NCBI GenBank assembly: GCA_002633005.1
Contig: NMRA01000013.1
Coordinates: forward strand, 1,550,185 to 1,614,184
Direction of reading: 5' to 3'
DNA: 64,000 bases
Source: Phoronis australis
Taxonomy: Eukaryota; Animalia; Phoronida
Numbering within the stretch: position 1 is the first letter of the stretch; each line of letters begins with the position of its first letter. Shown here piece by piece: positions 1 through 12,027 of this stretch. A program made the position numbers and the translations under genes. Under the pieces are notes generated by a model. It worked only from the letters and a program-made list of their open reading frames with translations. It searched no databases and was not told the DNA's origin.

Positions 1-719
1 TTCTTGGATCCTACAGAACTGCATCATTTTTGTGCGGACGGTTTGTTTTCAATATGGCGGCAAAAATACCAACAAAAATGCACTTAAATTTCTTCAATAA
101 AGACTTACCTAACTCAGTAAATTATCATCAGCGAGGTTTAGTGTTTGCTCATGGATGTAATTTGATGGAACTGGTTACTTAAGACACGAATATTTTCAAC
201 TTTAATCGTATTATTTAGTCCCTAACAACGCTTCCAGCTTCTCCAGTAACAATTCTCGCGTCTTCTCTAGATTTCTCGAAAACGCTTTGGCCCTCCTCGT
301 AAGAGGGCGCGTCAGGCAATTTCTTTCAGTACGGCCCGAGCATATTTATCTCATTGGGCATGAGAGGGTTTCGCGGCGGCACGATGAGGCCGACTGTTAA
401 GCTCAAAACGTTTTTTTGTTCCGTGTTACTCTGGTTGCTTTGAGAATAGTTCGGTAGGCAAAGTGTATCAATTTTCCTTTTTTATTGTGGGTGGGCATTC
501 TGTTGCATCAACTGCCTAAGCCTCACTAGTTGCAATGTTGGTTGAAACTGACTCCAGTAAACCGGTTCGGAGTGCGGCAACTGATCGACACAAAAACCAA
601 GTTGGCTACATTTAAGTTCATTTCACGATCGGTCTCGGTATGGAAAACAATTGCTCTTTCGGGCTTTGATCAAGAACGTAGGATTAAGGAAATATGAAAA
701 TAAAAATGTTAAAATTATA

Positions 720-994
720 CAGGGGCGGATCCAGGACTTGAGTTAGGGGGGACAGGGCACGGGAATAACCAGAATTTAGGCCCAGCCTAAAATGTGGGGA
801 CGCAGAAGCCTCGAATGTTTGGGGTTGGGGACCTGTTGACTAAAAAAAAAACGGGGTTTGTGCAGTTTGCTCAGGGCCTATGCATTGTTTATTCCCCGAC
901 GAGCCCCTGCTTGCGCGCACCCGGACTCCCAATGGTATCTGGTAGAATTTTAGGGGGGGGGGCATGGCCCCCCTCCCCCCTAAATCTGCCACTG
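720..994. mobile_element. MITE, hAT5-like (5-bp TSD)
   Basis: Imperfect TIRs CAGGGGCGGATCCAGG...CCTAAATCTGCCACTG. TTATA duplicated at 715-719 and 995-999. Confidence 0.7.
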
Positions 995-1577
995 TTATAT
1001 ACTAGGCGTGTTTTCATATCTTCAGAGAAACTTGATGATACTCAGGTAGGCTTGTTCAGAGTATTCCGAGAATATTTTTATGCAGAGTAATTTTTGGCTC
1101 CGCCTACAATAAAACAGTTTGAAAAAAAATCCAGAAGTTCTTAGATAACGCTGGAACTAGCGTATTTTCGAGAGTCCACTGAGTTCCCACATGATATAAG
1201 GGATTACATGACCTTACAGTCAATATGCGTGGGCCGTCTAAGGCCCATCTATCATCTTAGAACTGAGTGAAATCTTTATTCCTTAAACAATCGAACACGT
1301 ACCTTAATTACACGAGTTAGCTTCAATTCGTGTATACTTTACGAAGATACGCTCGTAGAGTGTTTTGGCTTGTTTATTCCTCCGTGAGTCTGAACTCGAC
1401 AAACCCGGCCCGGGCCAAACCGAGTAAACCTCGGCCAAAGATACTATATCTATAAAATCTTTGCCTCGGCTCTGGCCATACTGCACAACCGTCTACAGTG
1501 AATGACTAATTTCAGAAACTGGTGAAGAGCCTGGACAGACTAAACACATAAACAAACTGGACATGTGTTACATAATT

Positions 1578-1958
1578 GGAAAGCCAAATCTGAAAAATCC
1601 AAGCATGACACATGTTTTCCATTAAAATCGACGCAGGACTAAAAAAACAACTCAAAATCAGAATTTTTAAGCTAGGACCTGCAATTTATCACGTCAGGAC
1701 CAACATTTAAAGGTCAAGTGTACAATGACTTCGGTTCTATGAGACAAAAGAAATTAAACCTGATAACTAAAGTCATAAATTTTTATTTGTGTTTTCCGTC
1801 TTGCAGAGTGAAAATATTACTTTGGACTATTTTGCATAAGTGAAAATTCTGATTTTGAGGTTATTTGTTTTGGGTCCTGGACAGTAAAAATTATATTTTT
1901 GTCTTGTTTTAATCTTGCATGGATGTGTCCTGGATTTTTTCGCTTAGGTTGGCTTTCC
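1578..1958. mobile_element. Old palindromic MITE-like inverted repeat
   Basis: GGAAAGCCAAATCTGAAAAATCCA pairs with TGGATTTTTTCGCTTAGGTTGGCTTTCC. CAGGACTAAAAAAACAACTCAAAATCAGAATTTT pairs with AAAATTCTGATTTTGAGGTTATTTGTTTTGGGTCCTG. Confidence 0.6.
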
Positions 1959-2551
1959 TGGACTACCCCTGTTGACCTTAGTTCAATGGTAGGGATACTA
2001 TCATCTCCAATAGTGTTGTATTAGTATCTCAATGACTGGGCTATTTCAAAACAATCGTACACACCTTTCACTCGTTTCTCAAATTCACTCCGTGTGTACA
2101 TCACTGTGATAAACATGCAGCTATTTGTTTGTTTGTTCGTTTTCTGCCAATGTGATGGACTGAAATGACGACGTTGGAAACCCGCCTTTTAAGCAAATTC
2201 TACTTTTTTATTAATTTTGTACTGAATCCAAGTGTCTTTATCAAATTGGCTTCAATTCATTTGTTTCTCATAGATGAGATGTGCTTTACTGTAGATGAAA
2301 TATGATATCTGAGGTCGAGTAGACAATAGTCAGTACAGTGGATTTGTGCATTCACAGAACAAAACTTACCCGCTCTGTCAAGCCTGTTCTCAACAAGTCT
2401 CAGTTTTTCAACGGAAGGGAGGTTCACATGTCCACAACCAACCTCCGAAACAAAAATAACTACCAAATTTCCCCAAACGCACGATGTGTCGGTTTTAGCA
2501 ACTAACATAGTTAAAATTCTGACTTATATTATAAATAGAAGCGAATCGTGA

Positions 2552-3744
2552 TACGGTGGCCCGAAAGTATCATCGCTACTTCAGTTTATTAATTTTTTTA
2601 TTTTTCCTTTTCCACCTAGGTGGAAATAATTCAACCTAGGTGGGAACTATTTTCACCTGGGTGGAAACTATTTTCACCTAGGTGGAAATTATTTCAACCT
2701 AGGTGCAAAATATTTTCACCCGGCTGGAAACTATTTCAACCTAGGTGGAAACTATTTCAACCTAGGTGGAAATTATTTCAACCTAGGTGAAAATTATTTC
2801 AACCTAGGTGGAAATTATTTCAACTTAGGTGGAAATTATTTTCACCCGGGTGGAAACTATTTCAACCTAGGTGGAAATTATTTTCACCCGGGTGAAAATT
2901 ATTTTCATGCTTGTACGCCGTTTGGTTAACGTGGCGTCATCTACTTTCGCTAGGAACAAGTCACGTGTCAAGCCATAGCTGCACACCCTTTTGTAGCACT
3001 CTAAAAACAATGCTCTTTGTTTTGTTTATTCATGTCAATCGGTTAGATCATTCTGCCACCACATGTTTGCAGACATATGTGTTAAAAGTGTTAGCATATA
3101 CAGGACAATCTGTGCAAGGAATTTGTATCCTCTTGTGAATCCATAAGATGTGATTCACCGTACGTCTTTTACCATTTGTGGGATATTTATAACACTATCT
3201 GTGCCTTTTGTTGCTAGTTGTGTAACTTTAAGTCTTTGAAACCTGTCAGCACGGGAAGGGTGAGGCTTTTGGACAACAACAATAATCTGTCATTTATTTA
3301 TCGGAAATTTCTCAATATTCTATACCATATACTATATTTGTTAATGGCTTGGGTTCGTTGTTGAAATCCGGCAACTTTATTCAGAGAGTTGTTTTGGAAC
3401 TAGGAGTAATACGTAATCACGCTGTCTCTGTTAAAGTCCGCGGCAAATCCAAGAGGCAGATAAGACGCCGACATTGCAACCAAATCTGAACTTTGTTGAA
3501 CAAAATGGCTGGCCCAATCGGCCTTCACCTACAAGACTTCATCCAATCACAACACAGATGAAAATAGGTGCCCGGATGTATAACATTTTCACTCAGGTGA
3601 AAATAATTTCCACCTAGGTTGAAATATTTTCCACTCGGGTGAAAATAATTTCCACCTAGGTTGAAATATTTCCTCCAAGGTGGAAAAGGAAAAATAAAAA
3701 AAATTAATAAACTAAAATAGCGATGATACTTTCGGGCCACCGTA
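2552..3744. mobile_element. Non-autonomous IS3EU-like DNA transposon with long TIRs
   Basis: Termini TACGGTGGCCCGAAAGTATCATCGCTA...TAGCGATGATACTTTCGGGCCACCGTA. Perfect 6-bp TSD TCGTGA at 2546-2551 and 3745-3750. No transposase ORF. Confidence 0.85.
2608..2908. repeat. Subterminal tandem array of ~21-bp quasi-palindromes (TTTCAACCTAGGTGGAAATTA), mirrored at ~3585-3685
   Basis: Roughly 14 head-to-tail units on the left arm and fewer inverted units on the right arm. No unique spacers. Confidence 0.85.
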
Positions 3745-4522
3745 TCGTGACCTTTGGTCTGCTAACAAAAATTCTCGAGTTTTCGCATTCTCTTGTAACA
3801 ATCGCGAAAATTTTAAGATCCTTCGGTGTTTTTCGAAACGTCCGAAACATTGACAATCTAAATGTGACCTCAACGTGTTCCTGGAAAAATCAAAACATAT
3901 CTTGTAAATTCGCAAGATCTAGTCCAGTTTCAATTCCAGAGTATTCAAAACCACGAACCAACGAAATATGGTAAACAACAAGAATTCGGGGATTTTAAAA
4001 AGCCAAGGTTGTGGTTTGTAAACAAAGCCTGCCCACGGGACGGTGTCTGAGGCTGACTATTAAATGTAGCGTTGTGGTTCGTTGAGTGTTCATTCTTATA
4101 CTAACCTTAAACTTCGTTTGTGTACAGCGACGATAACTCAACCTAACTTTTTAACTAATTGGTAGCTGGAATTATTGTTGTCTGTCGGATGTGTGTCGTC
4201 CCCATGGCTCTCCCACACTCCACTCCCCCACCCGGTGATGTCGCTGCGCGGGTAGTCTCTCCCTGGTCGTTACCGGTTATGCCGGCCTATCTTTGTACAA
4301 ACCCTGCCCGTCATTGGTAGGCCATGGCAAAACACTATATATAGTGCATGGTATGTTGTTAAACGAACGTGTTCATATGAGGCTTTATTATAGAACCTAG
4401 TGTGTTGTCACGCGTGTGAACAGTTAATTCCACGTGATTCAAACAAATTTTATGAAAGACATGCTTAGTCAGTGACGTGTGTTTTAGAAAGCAACGACTG
4501 TCAGCGTAAATTGCCGTAGTCG

Positions 4523-5774
4523 TTATCGGGGCTTTCCAAGAAAGGCACACTTCAGTACAAAGTCCGGGGTATTCTCAGTTTGCCTTCGTCCGTTGGCGCA
4601 TATTTCCTCGCAGAATTCCTTGTCCTTACAACCTTCGAAAGCCTTGCCGTCTTTTAAACACTTCCTGATTGTTGCGGGAGTTTCCTGTTGGCATAAAAGA
4701 AAAATTAGTCGTCATCGATCTCAGTCTACTTAAGTGGGTGCCTTTCGTCAACACAGTACTCTCACCCACTCATTCGCCCGGCCCGCTCGATAAATGCATG
4801 AAACTCTAAGAATTGATTCGCGCGCGGAATCCGAAGCGCGTAGCGACGAGCGGAGGGAAGGTCGGGAGGGGATTTCTCTCCTCCCGTGTAAGATTTTTTT
4901 GTAGATGATTTCGTTTTCCTGGCGTCGTTTTTTTATTTTATTTTTCATAGTTTTGATCCTGTCCCTGGAGGGTTTAAGCCCCCTGCTCCTCCCCCCCGTA
5001 GATCCGCCTCTGAGGCATCAGCGAGAATTGTCGATTTGCAAAAAAAATCACAGTGTTTTGTTGTTTTAAAGCTCACCTGGTCAACGCTTAGAACTTTAAA
5101 AAGTCTATCCCATACAATAAACCCAAAGCGTTTTGGCAATAAAACTGACAATGGACTTTTTATGAACAGTTGACTTGGACAAAACATGAAGATTAAGCGC
5201 GTGCATCTGTGTGTCGTGAACAAAAATATTTTTTAAGATGCGTCTTCACAAATGTAGGCGCACGGGCCTAAATGCGGCGGGCAACCAAACTTAGAGTTTC
5301 AACGAACAATTGTGTTCATACCTTCGAGCTTTCTATCAATGGTCTGCACCACTTCATACACTCAGGATCTTTGGCACATATGGATGTCGGCTTGCCTTCG
5401 AAGAAACAAGATGAGAATTCCTCGGAGTTTCCTGATATGTATATGTTACTGGTAAACGTGGCGTTAAACGAGAAGCACCATGATCGACCACTTTTCCCAA
5501 TGTTGCAAACTTCTGTCACCTCGGAGCAGTTGAGACGATTTTTCAGTCCATACACGCATAGCGAAGGCGTAATGGTATTCAAGACGTACATGTGTCGGAC
5601 ATAAGGGCAGAAAGTTTCACACCAAAAGTTGCGTGATCCATCTGGGTTTCGACAAGTTTCGGCAAAATCCAGATATAGGCGTTGACTCGGGTCAAAGACG
5701 TATGTCGCCGAAGAGCCGCCGATGCAGTAAAATAAAACGACGATTATGAAGTGGCGTGACTTTATGGGCGTCAT
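4523..5774 (-). CDS. Secreted cysteine-rich four-repeat protein, paralog A (204 aa; coding exons 5322-5774 and 4523-4684)
   Basis: Acceptor tttactttcag lies directly before the ATG at 5774. Signal peptide MTPIKSRHFIIVVLFYCIGGSSA. Phase-0 donor AAG|gtatga at 5321. Acceptor ccaacag opens the exon ETPATIRKCLKDGKAFEGCKDKEFCEEICANGRRQTENTPDFVLKCAFLGKPR*. Minus-strand AATAAA at 4384-4389. The 16 mature Cys align with paralogs B and C. Confidence 0.85.
4800..5012. mobile_element. 3' remnant of a hAT5-like MITE in the intron of paralog A
   Basis: Ends in CCCCCCCGTAGATCCGCCTCTG. The internal GGGAGGGG..CTCCTCCC hairpin resembles 10135-10160. No left TIR found. Confidence 0.5.
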
Positions 5775-7689
5775 CTGAAAGTAAATCTGTACCAGTTTCA
5801 GGAGAAAATACAATAAATCAGGTCCAGAAACTGTTGAAGAGGTGAACTGCTATGAAGTTATACGCTCATGGTTTTCTTTAAACTGTGTCGTCCTTGACAC
5901 CCACTATGAGGTAATTAGAGGTGATGATGTTCATTTTTTACACTTTCGGGTTAATAGTTAAAGGGGATACAAAACTCACCGTTCTGTCCAACAAATGATC
6001 CGCTTAGGACAAGAAGTATGTGTACTTCGACTCACTTTGAAACCTGTAAAAAACTAACACCCGCCCCCATCAATTTCAGTCAAGGCCTGGTGTGAATATA
6101 TTTTTTGAAAAGATTTACAAAAGCAAAGGCATGATTTTCAAAATGATCGGTAAAAAATAAAAAACAGCATCATTTTGCTCCTCTCGGGTGGTCTTTCTGT
6201 TTTGAAAAGCTGAGGAACTCAAAAATACCGCACCACCGGCTCGAATTTCTGAAAAAAAAAACACAGATTAGACCAGAACTAACTTTGTAGTTTTGACTTT
6301 AGTTCCATACTGAGAGGAAAAGTGTTTTTTGTGTTTGCAATAAACTGATGGTTTGTCATTTCTTGATACCATGCTTGAACGATTGTCGAAGGATGTCGCC
6401 GGTATGTCATAAATCGGATCGCGCAGACCGAATTTTAACTCACAATTATGTCTCAAATTAAACAGACGACATCAGCCGCAGTTCTTTGTTCCGCTCGGTA
6501 GACCAGCAACACTAGGCTTGTCATGAAATTACTGTCAAGCTATTCAGTAAAAATGTTTGCGAAAATAATTTATTAGAACTAAAAGTAGTAAGTAGAGTAT
6601 AAAAATTTAAAGCTAATGCAAAAATCATTGGAATATTATGAAAACAAGCCGAATTCACACAAGCAACCACGAACGACTTACCTTTGACGAAATGACTTGA
6701 ACACTATCATGGACCAGCATAAAAAGTATTAGTGTTTTTTTTTTAACGAAGACGCAGATGCCCGACAATTAACCTCAAATAACATTTGCAGATTTCACAC
6801 AGGCTCGATTTAGTCATTAGACGGTTTGTTGAGAACTAAAGGGAGGCTCACCAACCGCAATTAAGATATCACTAAAATAGCGATCTTAAATGTCATCAAC
6901 AATTTCTAGTCGGGTGTTATAAAAAGGATAGTGACGTCACGGAAATAATACGTTCAGGTATCAGCGAAACATTTGTTTAATTCTGTAATTTTTAAATGTT
7001 CGAGTGTTATTACTCGGAAGGTGGTTAACTCACAAGTCTGGAGCGTAGTACATTGCGACGCAAAATAATACGCAAATGAAATTTTAAACAATTAACGTGG
7101 AATTTTTTTTTGCAAAATCGCCATGTGTAATTCAGAGACACGGAGGTATTGCCTAAGGTGTTAACTTTGTTTTGTTAATTATATAACTTTAAATATTGAA
7201 ATAACTTCCAATTGTTTTGAAAATGATAGCATTGCTTAAAAACAACACAAAGATTGGACATTCTATTATAAATAGAGGGAAGTCACGAGATGAGGCGCTA
7301 CTTTTTGTGTTGCACCTCGCTGATAAGGGAATTTGGTATATAAATCCTTTTGATGCATTGCATTAAATGCTCATATTAAACATCGCTGACTTCGACGTTG
7401 GCGGTTTTTGTTCCACTATGATGCAATTCACTTTCAATGAAACCTAGATCAAATCATTCTGTTAAATCACAGAATATTGGGGCCCATTCCACATTAAATC
7501 GTCGCGTGTTTTGTATGTCCGTTACCAGCTACTCTAATGACCTTGTGACCGCAGCCGACTAGTCGTTAGTCTCGAAAAATGTCTGCCTCCAGAGTTCAAA
7601 TTAACGAAATTTTTGAACTTACACATCATCGTGAAACGATCCCCAGTTCTTTGACAAGGAATGTTTTCAACAAGTCAGAGATAATATTG

Positions 7690-8079
7690 CGGTCTGAATT
7701 CAGTTCTTCGTGGCAAACTACAGATGGATATAGTTATATTTGCCGATAGTTCAGAAATAATAAATTTTTGAAGTTGGTGCACGCCTAAACAAGATTGTAA
7801 ATCTCAGCCTCCTCGTTTCCAAAAAGTAGGCCAGCTCTGCACCCACAGCTGTCAAGACGTTCCTCACAATATCGTTAAAGCTGAACATAGGGGCCCCTTT
7901 AAATCCTTTTGGAATAGCACTCGCTGTCCGTTATGGAAAGCCCGAGGACAACGTTGAACTATAAATGAGATGATTTTAAAATCTTTGACGACCATGATAT
8001 ATTGGCACTTTGCTGAACATGTATTGTGTCCTCAATAAATAAATTTAATAATAATAATAATAATAACAACAACAACAAG

Positions 8080-8143
<64 letters not shown>
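7690..8143 (+). mobile_element. Possible decayed LINE (CR1/L2-type) 3' end with (AAT)n tail
   Basis: Broken frame ...RGPFKSFWNS... resembles the RGPxLWNSLP C-terminus of such ORF2 proteins. It is followed by AATAAA and an (AAT)n microsatellite. Confidence 0.35.

Positions 8144-8145
<2 letters not shown>
8046..8145. repeat. (AAT)n/(AAC)n microsatellite
   Basis: Directly visible trinucleotide run. Confidence 0.95.
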
Positions 8146-8575
8146 GATAACGAGTAATACTAGTGATAGTGGTAATAGTATTAATAGTAGTAACAGCAGT
8201 GATAGTAACGTAATACTAATAAAAATGATAATAGGTCGCCAAATTCATGTCGTTTCAGCCCGTGCCGTTCCTGCAGAAGATGTATTGGAAAAGTGCAGCC
8301 CAAAAGGGTGCTTTTTCACAGAAAAAATACTCTCCAAAATGGTGCCATTTTCGAAAAAAATATACCTAAAAGGTGGCTTTCCTGAATGTCTGGAACAGAA
8401 GTAAATTTTTACACAAATTAGTCTCTAAATGGGTCACTTTTTTGTTCGAGCCCACTCTCTAAACGGGTAGGTATTCAAATTTTTCTGGTGGCACTCCTCG
8501 TCGAAAAATACTCCAGTACCTCCCGGCCGTGTCAGATACCACTTGTTCGTGATTTTGGTCATTTTCTTTACAATA

Positions 8576-8748
8576 TGACGTGGGTTTCGTAAAATGTAAC
8601 AATGGTACATTTCTTGCATGTGCGTTCGACGTGAAATGTAACAACTACGTAAAATTTAACAACTTGTTACACTTTAGGAGAGGCTTAGCAACGTAAAATG
8701 TAACGATTTTTACATTTTACGAAATTCCTACATTTTACGGCGTATCAA
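8576..8748. mobile_element. Short MITE-like element built of CGTAAAATGTAAC motifs in both orientations
   Basis: Four direct CGTAAAATGTAAC-like units are followed by inverted TACATTTTACG units. Confidence 0.45.
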
Positions 8749-9330
8749 GGCTCGTCGATTTCCATCGACCCAGTTATTTGACGTAACTAGCTTACGCAAA
8801 GCCAATTCATGTCACAGACGAGGTAAGTCGAGATCAGTTCTGCACTAGTATACCTACATGTATTTGACCTTAGCGATAGATACTCGTTAAGCTGTGTATG
8901 GTGTAATTGTTATGTTGATGCATTCATTGAAAATGACTAAACAACAATGAGTACCGTCATCGAAAGCAGCTGCTCCCTTACTCCACACCAAAAGTGTCTA
9001 ATGCAGGCACTACGAAACAGCTAGTTCATTGTCAAAACGCGTTTTATAAAACAAAACTCCTACAACATGTTCTGCCCACTGCGCTTAAGCTGCATTTTCT
9101 TGTTTAACTGGCTCATCTAAAAACGAAAATAGAATTATATTGTTTACTCTCACAAAATTGGTCTCCTAATGGTCCTTACGGTCCCGTGATCCAGAAAACA
9201 ACTTTTCTCATATCGGGTTTCCCAGCCGCTGTAGAATGCTATTTCTGAAATTAACCAGATCATCGAAACCACAGCGACTCAAAGGTACGGCTTCAGAGTT
9301 TTAACACACACACACACGCACGTACACAAG

Positions 9331-10269
9331 CATAGGCGGATTTAGGGGGGGCCCAGGGTGCCCGGGCCCCCCCTTTGGCTACCGCAAAAAATAAAACAGT
9401 AAGAGCGTAGGGAAATGGTGATTTTATTAATTAACCCCGGTAATTAAAAGTATACGGGGGCTAAAATCCAATTTCAAGTGTCAAATTCGGAACACGGCGC
9501 ATCCGTAACGGAGCTATGGCTAAGTATAGGCTCTTCCGCGATATCCCAGGCGACCGGCAGTGGCGCTGCGCACTACGACTCCGTTTCCGTCGTCTGCTCC
9601 ACTGTGCAATGAAGAAAATTTACTTCATTTTTTAAAGAAAATGGAATCTGAGTGACGATGAAAAAACAGAAGCTGCTGGCAAGTTGTGAATTTTAATCGA
9701 AGCCTTAGTGAATCACTCAGAATCGCGCAATACTCTCTTTGTCAAACCTTATCATAAGACGATTTCCAAAGCAATCCAGTCATTATTGCCAACACGAAAA
9801 ATGGATTTGGTCTTTTGGGCATTTGAAGACTATTTCAAATACGACAAATTTGTTAAGAATTGATGGCACAAAATATAAAACGTGTAATACGCATTACAAA
9901 AAGAATTAGGTTTCGCGCGCAAACGCTGTGAACCATAAACAAGTAGGTATTTTAGTATCAGTTTAGTAGTAAAGTCGTGATGGTGTAGTGGTAACGCACT
10001 GGAAAATCCAGTTTTTCCTGTTTCACACGTTCTCCATTTTTTTGTTTTTTTTTTGCCTTTTTTTCTTGGATAATACTTCAGGAATCAAGGAAAATGCTTG
10101 ATTTTTAGAGGTAAAAACAGAAAAATTTCCTGGGCGGGAGGGGGGCAAACCCCCCTCCCGACCTCCCCCCATTCGGTGCTATGCGCATCTACAATCGTTC
10201 AGTTTGCGCAAATGCTTGCAGCCGGACATAATGTTGCCCCCCCCTTGTGACATCCTAGATCCGCCACTG
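9331..10269. mobile_element. MITE, hAT5-like (5-bp TSD)
   Basis: TIRs CATAGGCGGATTTAGG...CCTAGATCCGCCACTG. ACAAG duplicated at 9326-9330 and 10270-10274. Internal GC hairpins. Confidence 0.8.
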
Positions 10270-12027
10270 ACAAGCACACACTCACATGTATCTTTTTATA
10301 TGCTGAGAACTTGATTGTTTTCAAATTTATTCTTGGTTTATAAATCTCTCTGGTTTGCACAAACGACAAAAGATGATTCGGAACTGGTCAAGCGTAAAAA
10401 ATCCGACTCAGGTTGACGTCTGCACCCAGCGTCCACTCATCCAGAAGTGAGCGGAATTTTACTTTCGCGATACACGAAAGCAAACACTCGAAACTTCCTG
10501 TAGAGTCACATAACACAACTTCACAAGACCACCAAAGCAACAATCGGAAAGGGAAGTCCTCGAACACGTGGTCGATGGGTTAGAATTTGGTACCATGGAA
10601 GACAAAAATTAATTTGTGTCCCCCCTTCTTCCATATAATGGTTACCGGCTTCCTACGGGCATACGTTTACGCCATGCGGAAGAATGCCACTCTTCAAAGA
10701 TCTGCGCCATAACTCGAAATGTTCGTGATAGAATCTCAGAGGTTACAGGGACTATAAATTTGACACGCTTTTATGAGCGATTTCAATTAGTTGATTACCC
10801 ATTCGGGCAGTAGAGGCAGTAAACATGGTAATTACGCCTGGTCTGGCAATGGAACTTAACGCCATTAGGTAGTGTATAGACGTGACATCGCATGTTACTG
10901 GCGAAACAAAGGTTTGGGGTTTTCTCAGGAATTGCCACAGACCCGAAAATGAGCGAGGTTTTTTCGGGTCGGTCTATCACGACCTAAAAGCGATATGTGT
11001 CCGCGCGGCCTGAACTTTCGGAAGCTAAGGGAAACATACCATATACGTTTTCTACTTCCACTAGACAGGAGAGTTGAATTCGGGACGTGGTAATTGCTCA
11101 GTGCACAGTGTTGGTACCGCTCGCTTGGGAGTACAGCCTGATTGTTTCTACAGTAGTTGACGCGAAAATGAAATTCTCTGTTGTTTGAAGAGAAAGAGCG
11201 AGCGCGAGTGAAAACTGATTAACAACCTTCATGAGTTTTTATTAAGCCATGTAATTTCAGATAAATTTGTGTAAGTGGTATATACCAAGTGATTTATCTT
11301 TAGTAATGCATGTCTCTGCATATATGTCAAATATACAACACCGTGCCCATCTCTTCGTTTGACAGCTTTTTTAAAGCCACTCAAACTATTGGAAATTTCT
11401 GATACTAGGCCTCAGGGCTTATACACGGAAAATGTTTCTACAACCCCAAATGTAACATAGATCAGGCCTGTAAACGTTAGAATGTGCCAACGGCATCAAC
11501 ATGCGATGAGAATAAATGCACGGAGTTTACCGTATGGTTCAGATAAGCGTTTAAAAAGTTGATATTTTATCTTGGCGAAATTTGGAAGCAAAAATTTAGA
11601 GTTATATTTCGTCTCTCTTCCTTCTGGGTTTTCTTCGACTTCGATGAAACCAGCCGAATTGTGACGAAACTCCTTAACTTTTTGAAATACCTTCTGCCTA
11701 GTTTTAGCTTTACATTGTTCATTTCGAGAAACTATAAAACACAAGAATCTAGCTGTTAATTGTGGTTCCAAAAGTATGCCATGGTCCTTTCTTAAAATAT
11801 TCCCAATACAGCCTGGCCTACGTGTATACTAGTTGGGGGGAGGGGAGTAGCTCTCGGTCGCAATTTAATTAAACTGAACATGCAAACCCCCGCCACATTG
11901 AAACATGCAAGAAAGCACAGGAGAATATAGGATGGAAACTATTATTATTATTCAACGATGTACACGCTATTATCTGAAATGTCCTAAAACATGTTATGGG
12001 CCCATTTTGCAGAGAACGCCTTTAGAT

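Noticed and set aside
2608-2908. CRISPR-like array of palindromic repeats
   Set aside because: Units are head-to-tail with no unique spacers, there are no cas genes, and the context is eukaryotic. The array lies inside a TIR element with a TSD.
5272-5604. Antisense or alternate-frame ORFs over real exons (also 12513-12878, 14570-14862, 25856-26284)
   Set aside because: Shadows of GC-richer coding exons, with no independent splice or homology support.
7690-7960. Possible fourth paralog or pseudogene of the Cys-rich family (SWC...DC...LCTHSC)
   Set aside because: Cys spacing does not fit, there is no signal peptide or splice context, and there are in-frame stops. The WNS motif plus (AAT)n tail fits a decayed LINE better.
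9975-10005. tRNA-like start (GATGGTGTAGTGGTAACGCACTGG)
   Set aside because: Only an A-box/D-arm-like fragment inside a MITE. No T-arm or acceptor stem.
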